This document shows, piece after piece, positions 50,555 through 61,895 of a stretch of 64,000 nucleotides of DNA. Source of the DNA: Chiloscyllium plagiosum (taxonomy: Eukaryota); NCBI RefSeq assembly GCF_004010195.1, contig NC_057718.1:8731181-8795180 (forward strand), read 5' to 3'. Both the position numbers and the translations under genes were made by a program. Position 1 is the stretch's first letter. Each line of letters opens with the position of its first letter. The notes under the pieces are model-generated. The model did not search any database and was not told where the DNA came from. It saw only the letters and a list, made by a program, of their open reading frames with translations.

Positions 50555-50709
50555 CTCCTGTTCCTTGGATGCTGCCTGACCTGCTGCGCTTTTCCAGCAA
50601 CACATTTTCAGCTCTGATCTCCAGCATCTGCAGTCCTCACTTTCTCCTCCTCATCAAGAGTTAGAAACATTATCACTGTGCCACAAGAGTCAGTTTAAAA
50701 TTGTTTTAG

Positions 50710-50811
50710 ATATTTTCCCGAGTTAACCTGTTCAGAGATGTTATTACACTTCTGAAGCAGGTTGGGCCTAAACGTGGGTCTCCAGGAGTAGAGGTACAGT
50801 CACTACCACTG
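50710..50811 (-). mobile_element. Type C SINE; its head resumes at ~52212 after the Rex1 insertion
   Basis: aacctgttcagagatgttattacac..ctaccactg | tgtgccacaaga. Confidence 0.55.
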
Positions 50812-52211
50812 AATTGAATTGAATTGAATTGAATTTATTGTTATGTGTACCGAGGCACAGTGAAAAGCTTTGTCTTGTGAGCAATATAGGCAGATCACAG
50901 AGTTAAGTAGCATAGACAGTAAATAACAGGTAAACAGCGGCAAAAACAAAACACAGGTACAGGGGAATGTTTGTGAGTCCATTCAGTATTCTAACAACAG
51001 TAGGGTAGAAACTGTTTCGAAACCAGGTGATGCATGTGTTCAGGCTTCTGTACCTTCTCCCCGATGGTAGAGTTGTAGAAAAACATTGCCAGGGTGGGAT
51101 GGATCTTTGAGAATGCTGGTGGCCTTTCCTTGACAGCAGGCCTGGTAGATGGATTCTATAAATGGGAGGTTGGTCTTTGTGATTGTCCGGGCCGAGTTCA
51201 CCACTCTCTGTAACCGTCTACGATCTTGAATGGTACAGTTGCCATGCCAGGCAGTGATACATCCAGACAGAATGCTCTCGATGGTGCACCTATAAAAGTT
51301 GGCAAGGGTCTTCACCGTCATACCAAATTTCCTCAGCTGCCTGAGGAAGAAGAGATGCTGTTGGGCCTTTGTAACCAGTGCATCCACATGAAGAGTCCAA
51401 GAAAGCTTGTTGTGGATGACCACTCCCAGGAGCTTGGCACTCTCCACTTGTTCCACCTCTGTGCTGTTAATGTGTAGGGGGGGCATGAGTAACATCCTGC
51501 TGAAAGTCAATAATGAGTTCCTTGGTTTTGCCAGCATGGAGAGCTAGGTTGTTCTCAGTGAACCATTTTTCCAGGTCTTCCACCTCTTGTCTGTAGTCTG
51601 TTTCATCACCATCAGAGATTCAACTGACTATGGTGGTGTCATCAGGGAACTTGCAAATGGCATTAGTCTGGTATTTGGTGACACAGTCATGGGTATACAG
51701 AGAGTACAGTAGGGGGCTGAGTACGCACCCCTGGTAGGCTCCAGTGTTGAGTGTTAGTGAGGATGGAATATTGTCCCCAATCTTCACTGATTGTGGCCTG
51801 TGGGTCAGGAAACTGTTGAAACTAAAGAGAGTGAGGCTTAATCTGAGATCATTAAGTTTAGTAATCAGTCTCGAGGGGATAATAGTATTGAAGGCTGAAC
51901 TGTAGTCAATGAGTAGGATTCTTACACAGCTGTTCTTGGTGTCAAGATGTTCTGGGGTGGAGTGAAGGGCAAGTGATACGGCATCTGACATGGATCAGTT
52001 GATCCAATAGGTAATTGGAGTGGGTCAAGAGTAGTGGGGAGGCTGGAGTTGATTAATGTCATGACCAGCCTTTCAAAGCACTTCATGACCACCGAAGTTA
52101 GGGGCACTGGGCGGTAGTCATTGAGACATGCTGCATGAGCCTTCTTAGGCACAGGGATGATGTTGGCCCTCCTGAAACAGGCAGGGACAGGGGCCTGCTG
52201 CAGGGAGAGGT
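50811..52211 (-). mobile_element. Rex1/Babar LINE, 5'-truncated, frameshifted RT
   Basis: [85 protein letters not shown]; (caatt)n tail. Confidence 0.93.
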
Positions 52212-52687
52212 TGTGCCACAAGAATCCACTCAAAATTCATCTTAAGTATTTTAAGCGGTGTTACTACACTCTATGGAGTAAGTGGGACAAGCCACATTAT
52301 TTTAATGACCTACTGATGCTGACGTAATCCCATTTCTGTTTAATGATATTTGCGAACAATTTCAAGAGATTAGATTTTCTTTCCGAAACAAATTGTTCTA
52401 CCTGAGTTAACCCTTGAATTGGTGTGATCGCTGTTAGCTACTTTTGTTTGTGATTGCCGTGGAACTTCACACATTGGAATAACAAGGCAACGCTGAGATA
52501 AGGTGAATTTTGTTTTCTCTCAGAGAGTCTTGAGTTTTTGGAACTCTCTTTCAAAGTGGGTAGACCTCAAGAGTTTAATTATGATGATGTGCTAACTCTC
52601 ATCAGAAACACAGCTACTGTTGAGTTAACAATAAGCAAGCACCTCACATATCACAAACCTGTGATATCACAAACATAACACAAACCT

Positions 52688-52805
52688 TTCATTCCTGATG
52701 AAGGGGTTATGCCCAAAACGTTGGCTCTCCTGCTCCTCAGATGCTGTGCTTTTCCAGCAATACACTCTCAGCTCTGTCCGGTATCTGCAGTGCTCACTTT
52801 CTCCT
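52688..52805 (+). mobile_element. Mini Penelope-like terminal element (family 1)
   Basis: attcctgatgaaggggttatgcccaaaacgtt; 14-bp TSD acatatcacaaacc. Confidence 0.82.
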
Positions 52806-53384
52806 ACATATCACAAACCATCCATTTGAATGGTTTGATTGACCTCCTGGAGCTCCCGAACCATTGTGAAGAAATCCACTATTTATCATTTCAGTTCTCT
52901 CTTGATAAGCTTGTCATAGGCCCTTCTCAGTCTTTGCTCAGCATTTTGATGCAGTTCGCTCCTAACTTTGTGCTACTTTTCTTGCAAGTTAATCAGTCAC
53001 CAGAAACGATGGACCGAGCAGCAAATGTGACTCATCGAGTCTGCTTATTACTGCTGACAGATCTTTCATCAAAAGTCTCTACCAAACACGGGGGAAAGAT
53101 AGAATCAAACCTTCCACAGACTCAAAGGAAAACTAATCAAGCTTTCATTAGTTAGGTTAGAAAGGACTGACCCTACTGATGGATAACGTTGGTGTGAACG
53201 TTTCGTTTTGAATGTTTGGCTTCAGGTGGAAGGTTTCCAATGAGCTTTTCCTGTCTGAAGAGGTGGCTGCAATAACCCTTCTTTAATGGTGATGCCATGA
53301 GTTGGTGTTGCTTATCACTCAGACTTATCACAAAAGGTTCACATCCAAACCATACAGCCAACTTTCTTGCCTGACAACAAGGTC

Positions 53385-53522
53385 AAAGTAGACAGGCAGG
53401 AGGCTGGAAGAACACAGAAAGCCAGGCAGCTTCAGGAGGCAGAGAACTCACATGGCTTGCTGTGTTCTTCCAGCCTTCGGCCTGTCTACTTTGGATTCCA
53501 GCATCTGCAGTTCTTTTTTGGC
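53385..53522. mobile_element. Fold-back mini Penelope-like element (family 4), hammerhead core deleted
   Basis: caaagtagacaggc..ggctggaagaacacag / ctgtgttcttccagcc..gcctgtctactttg. Confidence 0.78.
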
Positions 53523-53809
53523 TCTGACGTTTAGTTTGAGACATTTTGGGGTAGAGATTCTGCCTTTATCACAATCAGCAGGCTATGCACAAACTGCACA
53601 CAATATTGCACCTGAACAAGGAACAGGAGTAGACCATTCAGCCCCTCAATCATGCTTGACCATTCAGTAAGATCATGGCTGATCTGACTGCAACCTCAAA
53701 TCTACTTTCCCACCAACCTCCTGATAATCTTTCAGAGCCTTGTTTACCAACAATCTATCTACTTCTCTCTCGAAGATGTTCAAGGAGGTTTGTGTCACAT
53801 GTAGTCAGG

Positions 53810-54432
53810 ATGCTTAAGATGTTGTTTAGCCTTCATTGCTCAGACCTTTGAGTATAGGAGTTGGGGCATTGTACAGGATATCGGTGAGACCTCTTTTGGA
53901 ATACTGTGTCCAGTTCCAGTCACCCTACTATAGGAGGCATATTATTAAGCTGGAGAGCATTCAGAAAAGATTTACCAGGATGTTAGAGGGGGAATGGAGG
54001 GTTTGAGTTATAAGGAGAGGCTGTGCAGGCTGGGACTTTGACTGCAGGGTAGGAGGTTCAGGGGTGACCTTATAAAGGTTTATAAAATCATGGGGAGCAG
54101 AGGTAAGGTGAATAGTAGGTACCTCCTTCCCGAGGATGGGGGCTTTCAAGACTAGTGGGCATATTTTAGTGAGAGATGCAAGATTTAAAAAAGGTGCGAG
54201 GGTCATCTTTTTCATGCAGAGAGTAGTTCTTGTGTGGACTGAACTTCTAGAGGGAGTGGTAGATGCAGGTGCAGTTACAATGTTTAAAAAACATTTGGAT
54301 AAGTACATGGATAAAAAATGTGTGGTGGGTATGGGCCAAGCACAGGCAGCTGGGACTAGTTTGGTTTAGGATTATAGGTCAGCATGGACTCGTTGGACCA
54401 AACGGTCTGTTTCCATGCTTTGTGACTCTATG
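53810..54432 (+). mobile_element. CR1 3' fragment
   Basis: ggaatactgtgtccagttc; FFMQRVVLVWTELLEGVV; tgactctatg tail. Confidence 0.85.
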
Positions 54433-54509
54433 TCTCTGCTTCTCTAACACCTTTTCAGAAAGAGAGTTCCAAAGACTCAGGACTCTCTGAGAGAAAATAA
54501 AATTCACAC

Positions 54510-55020
54510 ATAGAGTCATAGAGATGTACAGCATGGAAACAGACCCTTCGGTCCAACCCGTCCATGCTGACCAGATATCCCAACCCAATCTAGTCCCACC
54601 TGCCAGCACCCAGCCCATACCCCTCCAAACCCTTCCTATTCATATACCCATCCAAATGCCTCTTAAATCTTGCAATTGAACCAGCCTCCACCACATCCTC
54701 TGGCAGTTCATTCCATACACCTACCACTCTCTGACTGAAAAAGTTGCCCCTTAGGTCTCTTTTATATCTTTCCCCTCACACCCTAAACCAATGCCCTCTA
54801 GTTCTGAACTCTCCAACCCCAGGGAAAAGACTTTGTCTATTTACCCTATCCATGCCCCTCATGATTTTATAAACCTCTATACGGTCACCCCTCAGCATCC
54901 AACTCTCCAGGGAAAACAGCCCCAGCCTGTTCAGCTTCTCCCGAAAGCTCAAATGCTCCAACCCTGGTAACATTCTTGTAAATCTTTTCTGAAGCCTTTC
55001 AAGTTTCACAACATCCTTCT
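54510..55020 (-). mobile_element. CR1 (HER1-type) 3' fragment
   Basis: KLERLQKRFTRMLPGLEHLSFREKLNRLGLFSLE. Confidence 0.92.
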
Positions 55021-55364
55021 AGTAGGATAATGTCTGTTTAGAATGGGGACGCCCTGATTCTTGATCCCTCTAAAGGAGGAATCCCCCTCCCTACATTTAC
55101 CCCAGTAACACCTCTCAGCATCTTACATGTTTCAATCAAGGCTCAACTTATTCTTTCAAAATCCAGTTAAAAAGTTTCCTTGTAGGATAATCTTCTTCAC
55201 CTCCCCCATCTTCAGCTCCAACAGCACCATAATTCCATGTCTTCATCTGTTAAACCTTCTCTGAATTCTCCCAATACATGAGTGTCTTAGGTAGTGTCAC
55301 TAATACTGTCCACAATACTCCAGATGCAGTCTTACCAGTGCCCTCTACATCTGAAGTATAGACT

Positions 55365-55748
55365 GGGGCTTTTTTTAACTGCAGTGTAGGAAGCTAAGGA
55401 GTGGTTTTATAAAATCATGAAGGGCATAGGTGTGGTAAATAGCTAAAGTCCCTAGGGAGGGGGAGTTCAAAGCCAGAGGGTATGGGTTGAAGATGAGAGG
55501 GGAAAGAGTTAAAAGGGATGTGCGGGGCAACGTTTTCATGCAGAGGGTGGTGCATATATGGAACAAGCCACCAGAGGAAGTGGTAGAGGTGAGTATAATT
55601 ACAGCATTCAAAAGATATTTGGACAAATGGATGGAGAGGAAGGGTTAGAGGGATAAGGGTAAAATGCAGACAGATGGATGAGTTCAGTTGAGGAAATTGG
55701 GTTGGCATGGACGAGTTCGGCCTGTTTCCTGTTGTATGATTCTATGAC
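55365..55748 (+). mobile_element. CR1 3' fragment
   Basis: ttttcatgcagagggtggtgcatatatggaac; tgattctatga tail. Confidence 0.82.
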
Positions 55749-56116
55749 CCTATATCCTCCCACTTTGTATTTAATTCTCCTCACAATAAAATATAATATT
55801 TTATGAGCTTTCCTGATCACTTGCGATACCAGCACATCAATCTCCTGTGAATCAAGTCTCGGACACCCAGATCCCTCTACCTCACTGAGCTCCGAAATGT
55901 CTTGCCATTTAGATCATATGCTTTTCCGATCCTCTTGCCAAAAAGGAAAATTTTGCATGTTGCCACATTATATTTCACCTGGAAGATTTTTCCAACTCAC
56001 ATAACCTATCGATACATTTGCTTTTCGTTTCTTAACATCATCTTCACAATTTACTTTACTGTACTTATTGCTGTCTCTCCAGCAAATTTGGCACCCATAA
56101 CTTCTGTCCCTTCACC

Positions 56117-56460
56117 GAGAATCACAGAATCCCTACAGTGGGGAAGCAGGCCGTTCAGCCTATCATATCCACACCAATGCTCTGAACAGCATCGCACCCA
56201 GACTCAACCCTCTAACCTATCCCTGGATTTCCCATGGCTAACACACCGAGCCTGCACATCCCTGGACACTATAGGTAATTTAACTTGGCCAATCCACCGA
56301 ACCTGCACATCTTTGAATTGTGGGAGGAAACTGGAGCACCCAGATGAAACGCAAGCAGACGCAGGAAAACATGCAAACTCCACACAGAAAGTTGCCCGAG
56401 GGTGGAATCGAACCTGGGTCCCTGTGCTGTGAGGCAGCAGTGCTAACCACTGAGCCATTG
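56117..56460 (-). mobile_element. HE1-type SINE
   Basis: Head, core and tail. Confidence 0.9.
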
Positions 56461-56635
56461 TATTGTAAAAATTGGGGTTCCAGCACTGATTACTTATTTC
56501 AGCTTGCCAACTCTCTGTTTCCTGTTGGACAGACAATCTTCTATCCATATCAATATGCAACCCCCTACACTATGAGCTAACTGCTTTTGATGTGGTGATT
56601 TATGAAACGCCTTTTGGAAATCTCTAAGTACAGTA

Positions 56636-56809
56636 CAGAACAAACTCGGTTATTCGAACATCAATTATCTGAATTTTGGATTATCGAAACAAGATGTTAA
56701 GGTCCTAGAAAATCTTCCCTTGCTTACGAGCAGATCACTTATCTGAACAATCAGTTATCCAAACAAAATACTCCTTGCCTGTCTCATTTGGATAATCAAG
56801 GTTGTTCTG
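56636..56809. mobile_element. pogo/Tigger-type MITE
   Basis: TA|cagaacaaactcggttattcg ... ggataatcaaggttgttctg|TA. Confidence 0.78.
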
Positions 56810-56904
56810 TACATGCACCATATTCACCTCCTCAAAAAATCTCCAATAGATCTACCAAACATGATTTTCCCTTTAACTAAACCATGTTGATGCTGTCTGA
56901 TTAT

Positions 56905-57241
56905 CATAGAATCCCGACAGTGCAGAAACAGGCCCTTTGGCCCAACAAATCTACCCCAACCCTCCAAAGAGTAACCCACCCAGACCCTCTCCCCCTACCC
57001 TATGTTTGTCCCTGACTAATGCACCTAGCCTACACATCCCTGAACACTATGGACAATTTAGCATGGCCAATCCACCTAACCTGCACATCTTTGGATTGTG
57101 GGAGGAAACCAGAGCACTTGAAAGAAACTCACACAGACAAGGAGAGAATGTGCAAACTCCACACAGATAGTTGCCCGAGGTGGGAATCGAACCTAGGTCC
57201 CTGGCACTGTGAGGCAGCAGTACTGAGCCACTGTGCAGCCC
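56905..57241 (-). mobile_element. HE1-type SINE
   Basis: Head, core and tail. Confidence 0.9.
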
Positions 57242-58247
57242 TCACGGTATCCTGACCTTATTCAAGGGAGTTCTTATAACTTTTTAAATCATACATTCTA
57301 ATATTTTCCTTATGATGGATGTTAAGGCAACTTTTCAGCTTTCTGTCTCCCTCCATTTTTTGAATAAGAGTTAGATTTGTTATTTTCTGATCTAATGAGG
57401 CAATCCCCAAACCATACACATTTGGAAAAATAAAAACAGTGCCTCAATTACCTCACTATCTACTTCTTTTAAGATCCTGGGATAAAGTATATCAGGCCCA
57501 GACACTTGTCAGTTCATAGTTCCAAAATTTTATTCGGTACCACCTCGATGGTTATGATTTTTCTGAGTTCCTCCCCCATATTCACTTGCTGATTTATCAT
57601 TTCCTCTGGGAGGTCAATTGTATCCTTTATAATGAAGACCCTTGCAAAATACCTGTTCAAGTCATCTGTCACTTCCTGTGTTTCCTTTAATTCTCCAGCT
57701 GATCTCTACATGACCAACGTTCACTTTAATAACTCTTTTTCTTATTTATACGTTTCCAGAAACTTTTACTGTCTGTTTTAAAACTTCTGGCTAGCTTTTT
57801 GTCATACTCTAATTTTTCCCACCTCGTTAATGTTTTGGCCATTCGTGGCTTTTTTTTTAAAAGATATTCTGTTCAACTTTCTACCATGTTACCAGTCTTT
57901 ATACAAGTAAATGTTTTTTTTATTTTTGATGCTGGCTTTAAAGTTCTAGCCAACCACTGAAGGTAGCTCCATTGTTTGGAGATTCTCTTACACTTTGTGA
58001 TGTATCTATTTGGTATATTCTGAAATATCACCATAAATCTCTGTCACTACGTCTGCATTGACTCATCCTTTTAACCTAATTTGTCAATTCATTTTAGTCA
58101 ACTTTACTTTCATGTCTTCATAAATGTCCTTACTTAAATGCTTAAAAAGTTGTCTTGGCTACACACTCTCTCAAACTGAATGCAAGATTGAATTATGTGT
58201 GGTCACTGCTACATACCTTCACTATGCACCCTACTGTGTGTACATCA

Positions 58248-58495
58248 TTAGAATCCCTGCAGTGTGGAAATAGGCCCTTTGGCCCAACAAGTCCATACCG
58301 ACCCTCTAAAGAGTAAATCATCCAGACCTATTCCCCTAACTAATGCACCTAACCTACACATCCCTGAATACTACGGGGTAATTTAGCGGAGAGAATGTAC
58401 AAACTCCACACAGGCAGTGGCCGAAGGCTGGAATCGAACCTAGGTCCCTGGCACTGTGAGGCAGCAGCGCTAACTACTGAGCCACCGTGCTGCCC
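58248..58495 (-). mobile_element. HE1-type SINE (internal deletion)
   Basis: Head and tail present, part of the core missing. Confidence 0.88.
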
Positions 58496-60022
58496 AAAAG
58501 GCAGCCTTTGTATCACACCTTTTACCTCTTGCCTTCATCATTTTTCTTGTCTACCCGAACCATTTCCATACCTTGGTTTCCTGAACTTGGGTCATCATTT
58601 CTATTTGGCTAATATCATCATTTACTAGCAGAGCCACCCCTCCACCTTCTCCTAGCTTCCTGTACTTCCTAAATGAGCTGCAATCTTCAGGCTCCAACCC
58701 GTGTCACCCTGCATCCTCTGCAATGGCTATCAAAATATGTTTGTTTATTTTTGTTTGTGCTTTCAGTTCATCTGTTTTGTTTTAATGTTCCACATTCAGA
58801 TACAGAGCCTTTATAGATTCATAGATTGATACGGTGCAGAAAAGGCCCTTCAGCCCATCGAGTGTACACTGACAATAACTACCACTAAAGATGCACTAAC
58901 CCAATGACCTGCACTTGTCCCATTCCCTGAATGTAATGATATTTGAAGCACTCCATCCAAATATTTTTTATAGGTTGTAAGGTTTCCAGCCTCCACTACC
59001 TTCCCAGACAATGCCTTCCAGATCCCCATCACTTGCTGAGTGAAAACATTTTTTTTTCAAATCCCCTCTGAATCTCCTAAAACTATGCCCCCCTCGTGAC
59101 TGACCCCTCAACCAAGGGGAACAGCTGCTCTCTATTCACCCTGTCCATATCTTGTACACCTCAATCATGCCCCCCCCCCACCCCGCCCCAGTCTTCTCTG
59201 CTCTAAAGAAAATATTCCAAGCCTATCTAGTCTCTCCTTATAGCTCAACTTCTCCATCCCAGGCAACATCCTAGTGAACCTGCTCTGTACCCCCTCCAGT
59301 GTTATCACATCCTTCCTGTTGTGAGGTGACCAGAATTGTGCACAGTACACCAGCTGTGGCCTAACCAACACTCTGTATGCCAACGTTACCTCCTTACTCA
59401 TACTCTATACCGTGACTATGAAAACAAGTGTCCAACATGCCTTCTTTACTATCCTATTCACATACTCTGCCGATTTCAGGGATCTGTGAATAATTACCCC
59501 AAGATCCCTCTGTTCGTTGAAGCCACCCAGTGTCCTGCCATTCAATAAATACTCCCTCATTTTGTTTCTTCTTCCAAAGTGCATCACCTTGCACTTAGTG
59601 AGCTAAATCTGCCAATAGTCTGTCCATCTGACCAACCCGTCTTCCTGTAACCTACAACCATCTTCTTTGTTATTAACCACTCCAAGAAACTTGGTGTCAT
59701 CTGCAAATTTGTCCAACATTCCCCCCATATTTTCATCAATATCATCTACGTATATAACAAACATAAAGGGTCCCAGTATTGATCCTTGTGGTACACCACT
59801 AGGGCATTGGCCCCCTATCATTCAATCAGCTTTCTACCACAACATTTTGTGCCGTATTGCTTCACCATTTTCTGTTCCAAGCTTCCTTCTATTCCATGGG
59901 ATTTACCATTCGCAATCTGGCTCCCATATGGGACCTTTCCAAAAGCTTTGCTAAAATCCATATAAATTGCATCAACTGAACTTCCCTCATCCACACACTT
60001 GATCACATTTTCAAATAAATTT

Positions 60023-60398
60023 GGGTGGCACAGTGGCTCAATGGTTAGCACTGCTGCCTCACAGCACCAAGGTCCTCGGTTCAATTCCAGCCTCAGGTGA
60101 CTGTCTGTGTGAAGTTTGCACGTTCTCCCCGTATCTGTGTGGGTTTCCTCCGGGTGCTCCGGTTTCCTCCCACAGTCCAAAGATGTGCAGTTGAGGTGGA
60201 TTAGCCATGTTAAATTGCCCGTAGTGTTCAGGGATGTGCAGGTTAGGTGAATTGGCCATGCTAAATTGCCCATAATGTTAGGTGTATTAGTCAGAGGTAA
60301 ATGTAGGGGAATGAGTCTGGGTGGGTTACTCTTCGGAGGGGCGGTGTGGACTTGTTGGGCCGAAGGGCCTGTTTCCATACTGTAGAGAATCTAATCTA
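60023..60398 (+). mobile_element. Full-length young HE1-type SINE
   Basis: Intact A/B boxes, core, duplicated internal unit, (ctaat)n tail. Confidence 0.94.
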
Positions 60399-60539
60399 AA
60401 AAAAATTGTTAGGCATGAGCTTCCTCCAACAAAGCCATGCTGGCTATCCCTAATTAAACCATGCCTTTCCAACTAGATATTAATTCGCTCCTTCAGAATT
60501 TTCTCCAATAGTTTCCCTCCCACTGACGTGAGACTCACC

Positions 60540-60716
60540 GAGTGTGGCGCTGGAAAAGCACTGCCGGTCAGGCAGCATCCAAGGAATATTCCAGATGAAG
60601 AGCTTATGCCCGAAAAGTTGATTCTCCTGTTCCTTGGATGCTGCCTGACCTGCTGTGCTTTTCCAACACCACACATTTTGACTCTGATCTCCTGCATCTG
60701 AAGCCCTCACTTTCCC
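60540..60716. mobile_element. Fold-back mini Penelope-like element (family 1), degenerate core
   Basis: ggtcaggcagcatccaaggaa / ttccttggatgctgcctgacc; candidate TSD tgagact. Confidence 0.8.
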
Positions 60717-61402
60717 CTATGAGACTTTCCTGGTTCATCTCTTACATCCCTCTAACCACGTGGAACCACATTAGCTGTCTTCCAGTCTTCTGGCAGTTTT
60801 CCTGTGGCCAGAGAGGAATTAAATAAATTTGGTATTATCTTTTAATCTCCTTGTTAATTCTAGAATTATTTGTTGGTTTACTTGTGGATTTAAAATCCCC
60901 TTTCGACTTGTCACTTTAATCAATAGACGTTTTCAAATCTTAGTTTTTGGCTTCGACTCTCCTCTTTGACTTATTTGCAACTCTCGAAATTTGATCCCTC
61001 GCCTCCTAATAGTCCTGTGTCGTGAAAAGTGGGTATTTTTTGAATTAAAAGCCCATCAGATTTGAAATCTAAACCTTCAATCATCAGACACAATAGTGCA
61101 GCATTTTAAAACGTGCCTTCATATTTTAAATCGGATTTTTAAAAGTAATCTTTGACATCCTTAACAGCACAGTTTGAATGATGGGAGTGAAAACGTATTG
61201 AATTGTCAAAAAAATCAGAATATCTGTGCATTTCCAAGACACTGATTACTAAAATTTATTTTGGAAACATGCAGAACCAATTGTTAAATATATTGGGATA
61301 TGGGAGAGAGTTTCTTCGTAATTTTAAAAATTATATTTAACAAATTTCACAACAATACTTTGTGCCCAAATGTCCTGTTTAGTTTCTTTTGGATGCCACA
61401 AT

Positions 61403-61895
61403 TAGAGTCATAGAGATGTACAGCACGGAAACAGACCCTTCGGTCCAACCCATCCATGCTGACCAGATATCCTAAACCAGTCTACTCCCATTTGCCAGTA
61501 TTTGGCCCATATCCCTCTAAATCCTTCCTATTCATATACTCATCCAGATGCCTTTTAAATGTTGTCATTGTACCAACCTCCACCACATCCTCTGGCAGCT
61601 CATTCCATACACGCACCACCCTCTGTGTGAAAACGTTGCCCTTTAGGTTCCTTTTAAATCTTTCCCCTCTCACTTTAAACCTATGCCCTCTAGTTTTGGA
61701 CTCCCCCAGCTCGGGGAAAGACCTTGTCCATTTACCCTATCCATGCCCCTCACGATTTTATAAATCTCTATAAGGTCACCCCTCAGCCTCTGACGCTCCA
61801 GGGAAAACAGCCCCAGCCTATTCAGCCTCTCACTGTAGCTCAAATCCTCCAACGCCGGCAACGTTCTTGTAAATCTTTTCTGAACCCTTTCAGGT
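61403..61895 (-). mobile_element. CR1 (HER1-type) 3' fragment
   Basis: ERVQKRFTRTLPALEDLSYSERLNRLGLFSLERQRLRGDLIEIYK. Confidence 0.93.

Larger units (their letters stand above)
49724..50648. mobile_element. Young fold-back Penelope-like element (family 1) spanning a gap
   Basis: Near-identical inverted arms, each with an intact hammerhead core; degenerate TSD tcctcat..agag. Confidence 0.88.
49657..50690 (-). mobile_element. Type C SINE split by the Penelope at 49724-50648
   Basis: tgttcagcaatgtt..gacttgaacc.. on the left resumes as cactgtgccacaagag on the right. Confidence 0.55.
53612..58800 (-). mobile_element. Old CR1 LINE (several kb of ORF2) fragmented by younger CR1, HE1 and MITE insertions
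   Basis: 3' terminus at 53612-53790 resumes at 54435, 55020, 55750, 56465, 56812 and 57250 with collinear degraded ORF2 sequence; 5' boundary uncertain. Confidence 0.55.
58815..60800 (-). mobile_element. CR1 ORF2 RT/3' fragment interrupted by HE1 and a mini Penelope
   Basis: SGVPQGSILGPFMFVIYVDDID..KFADDTK; VDAIYMDFSKAFGKVP; SLTSVGGKLLEKIL. Confidence 0.9.

Noticed and set aside
49724..50648. Intact autonomous Penelope between the inverted arms
   Set aside because: The interior is an assembly gap of about 600 N; coding capacity cannot be assessed and the arm identity could be partly an assembly effect
52709..53155. 148-aa ORF
   Set aside because: Starts inside a Penelope terminus and has no recognisable domain
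60023..60095. tRNA gene-like A/B boxes here and at other SINE heads
   Set aside because: Each continues into a SINE body, and no convincing cloverleaf was found
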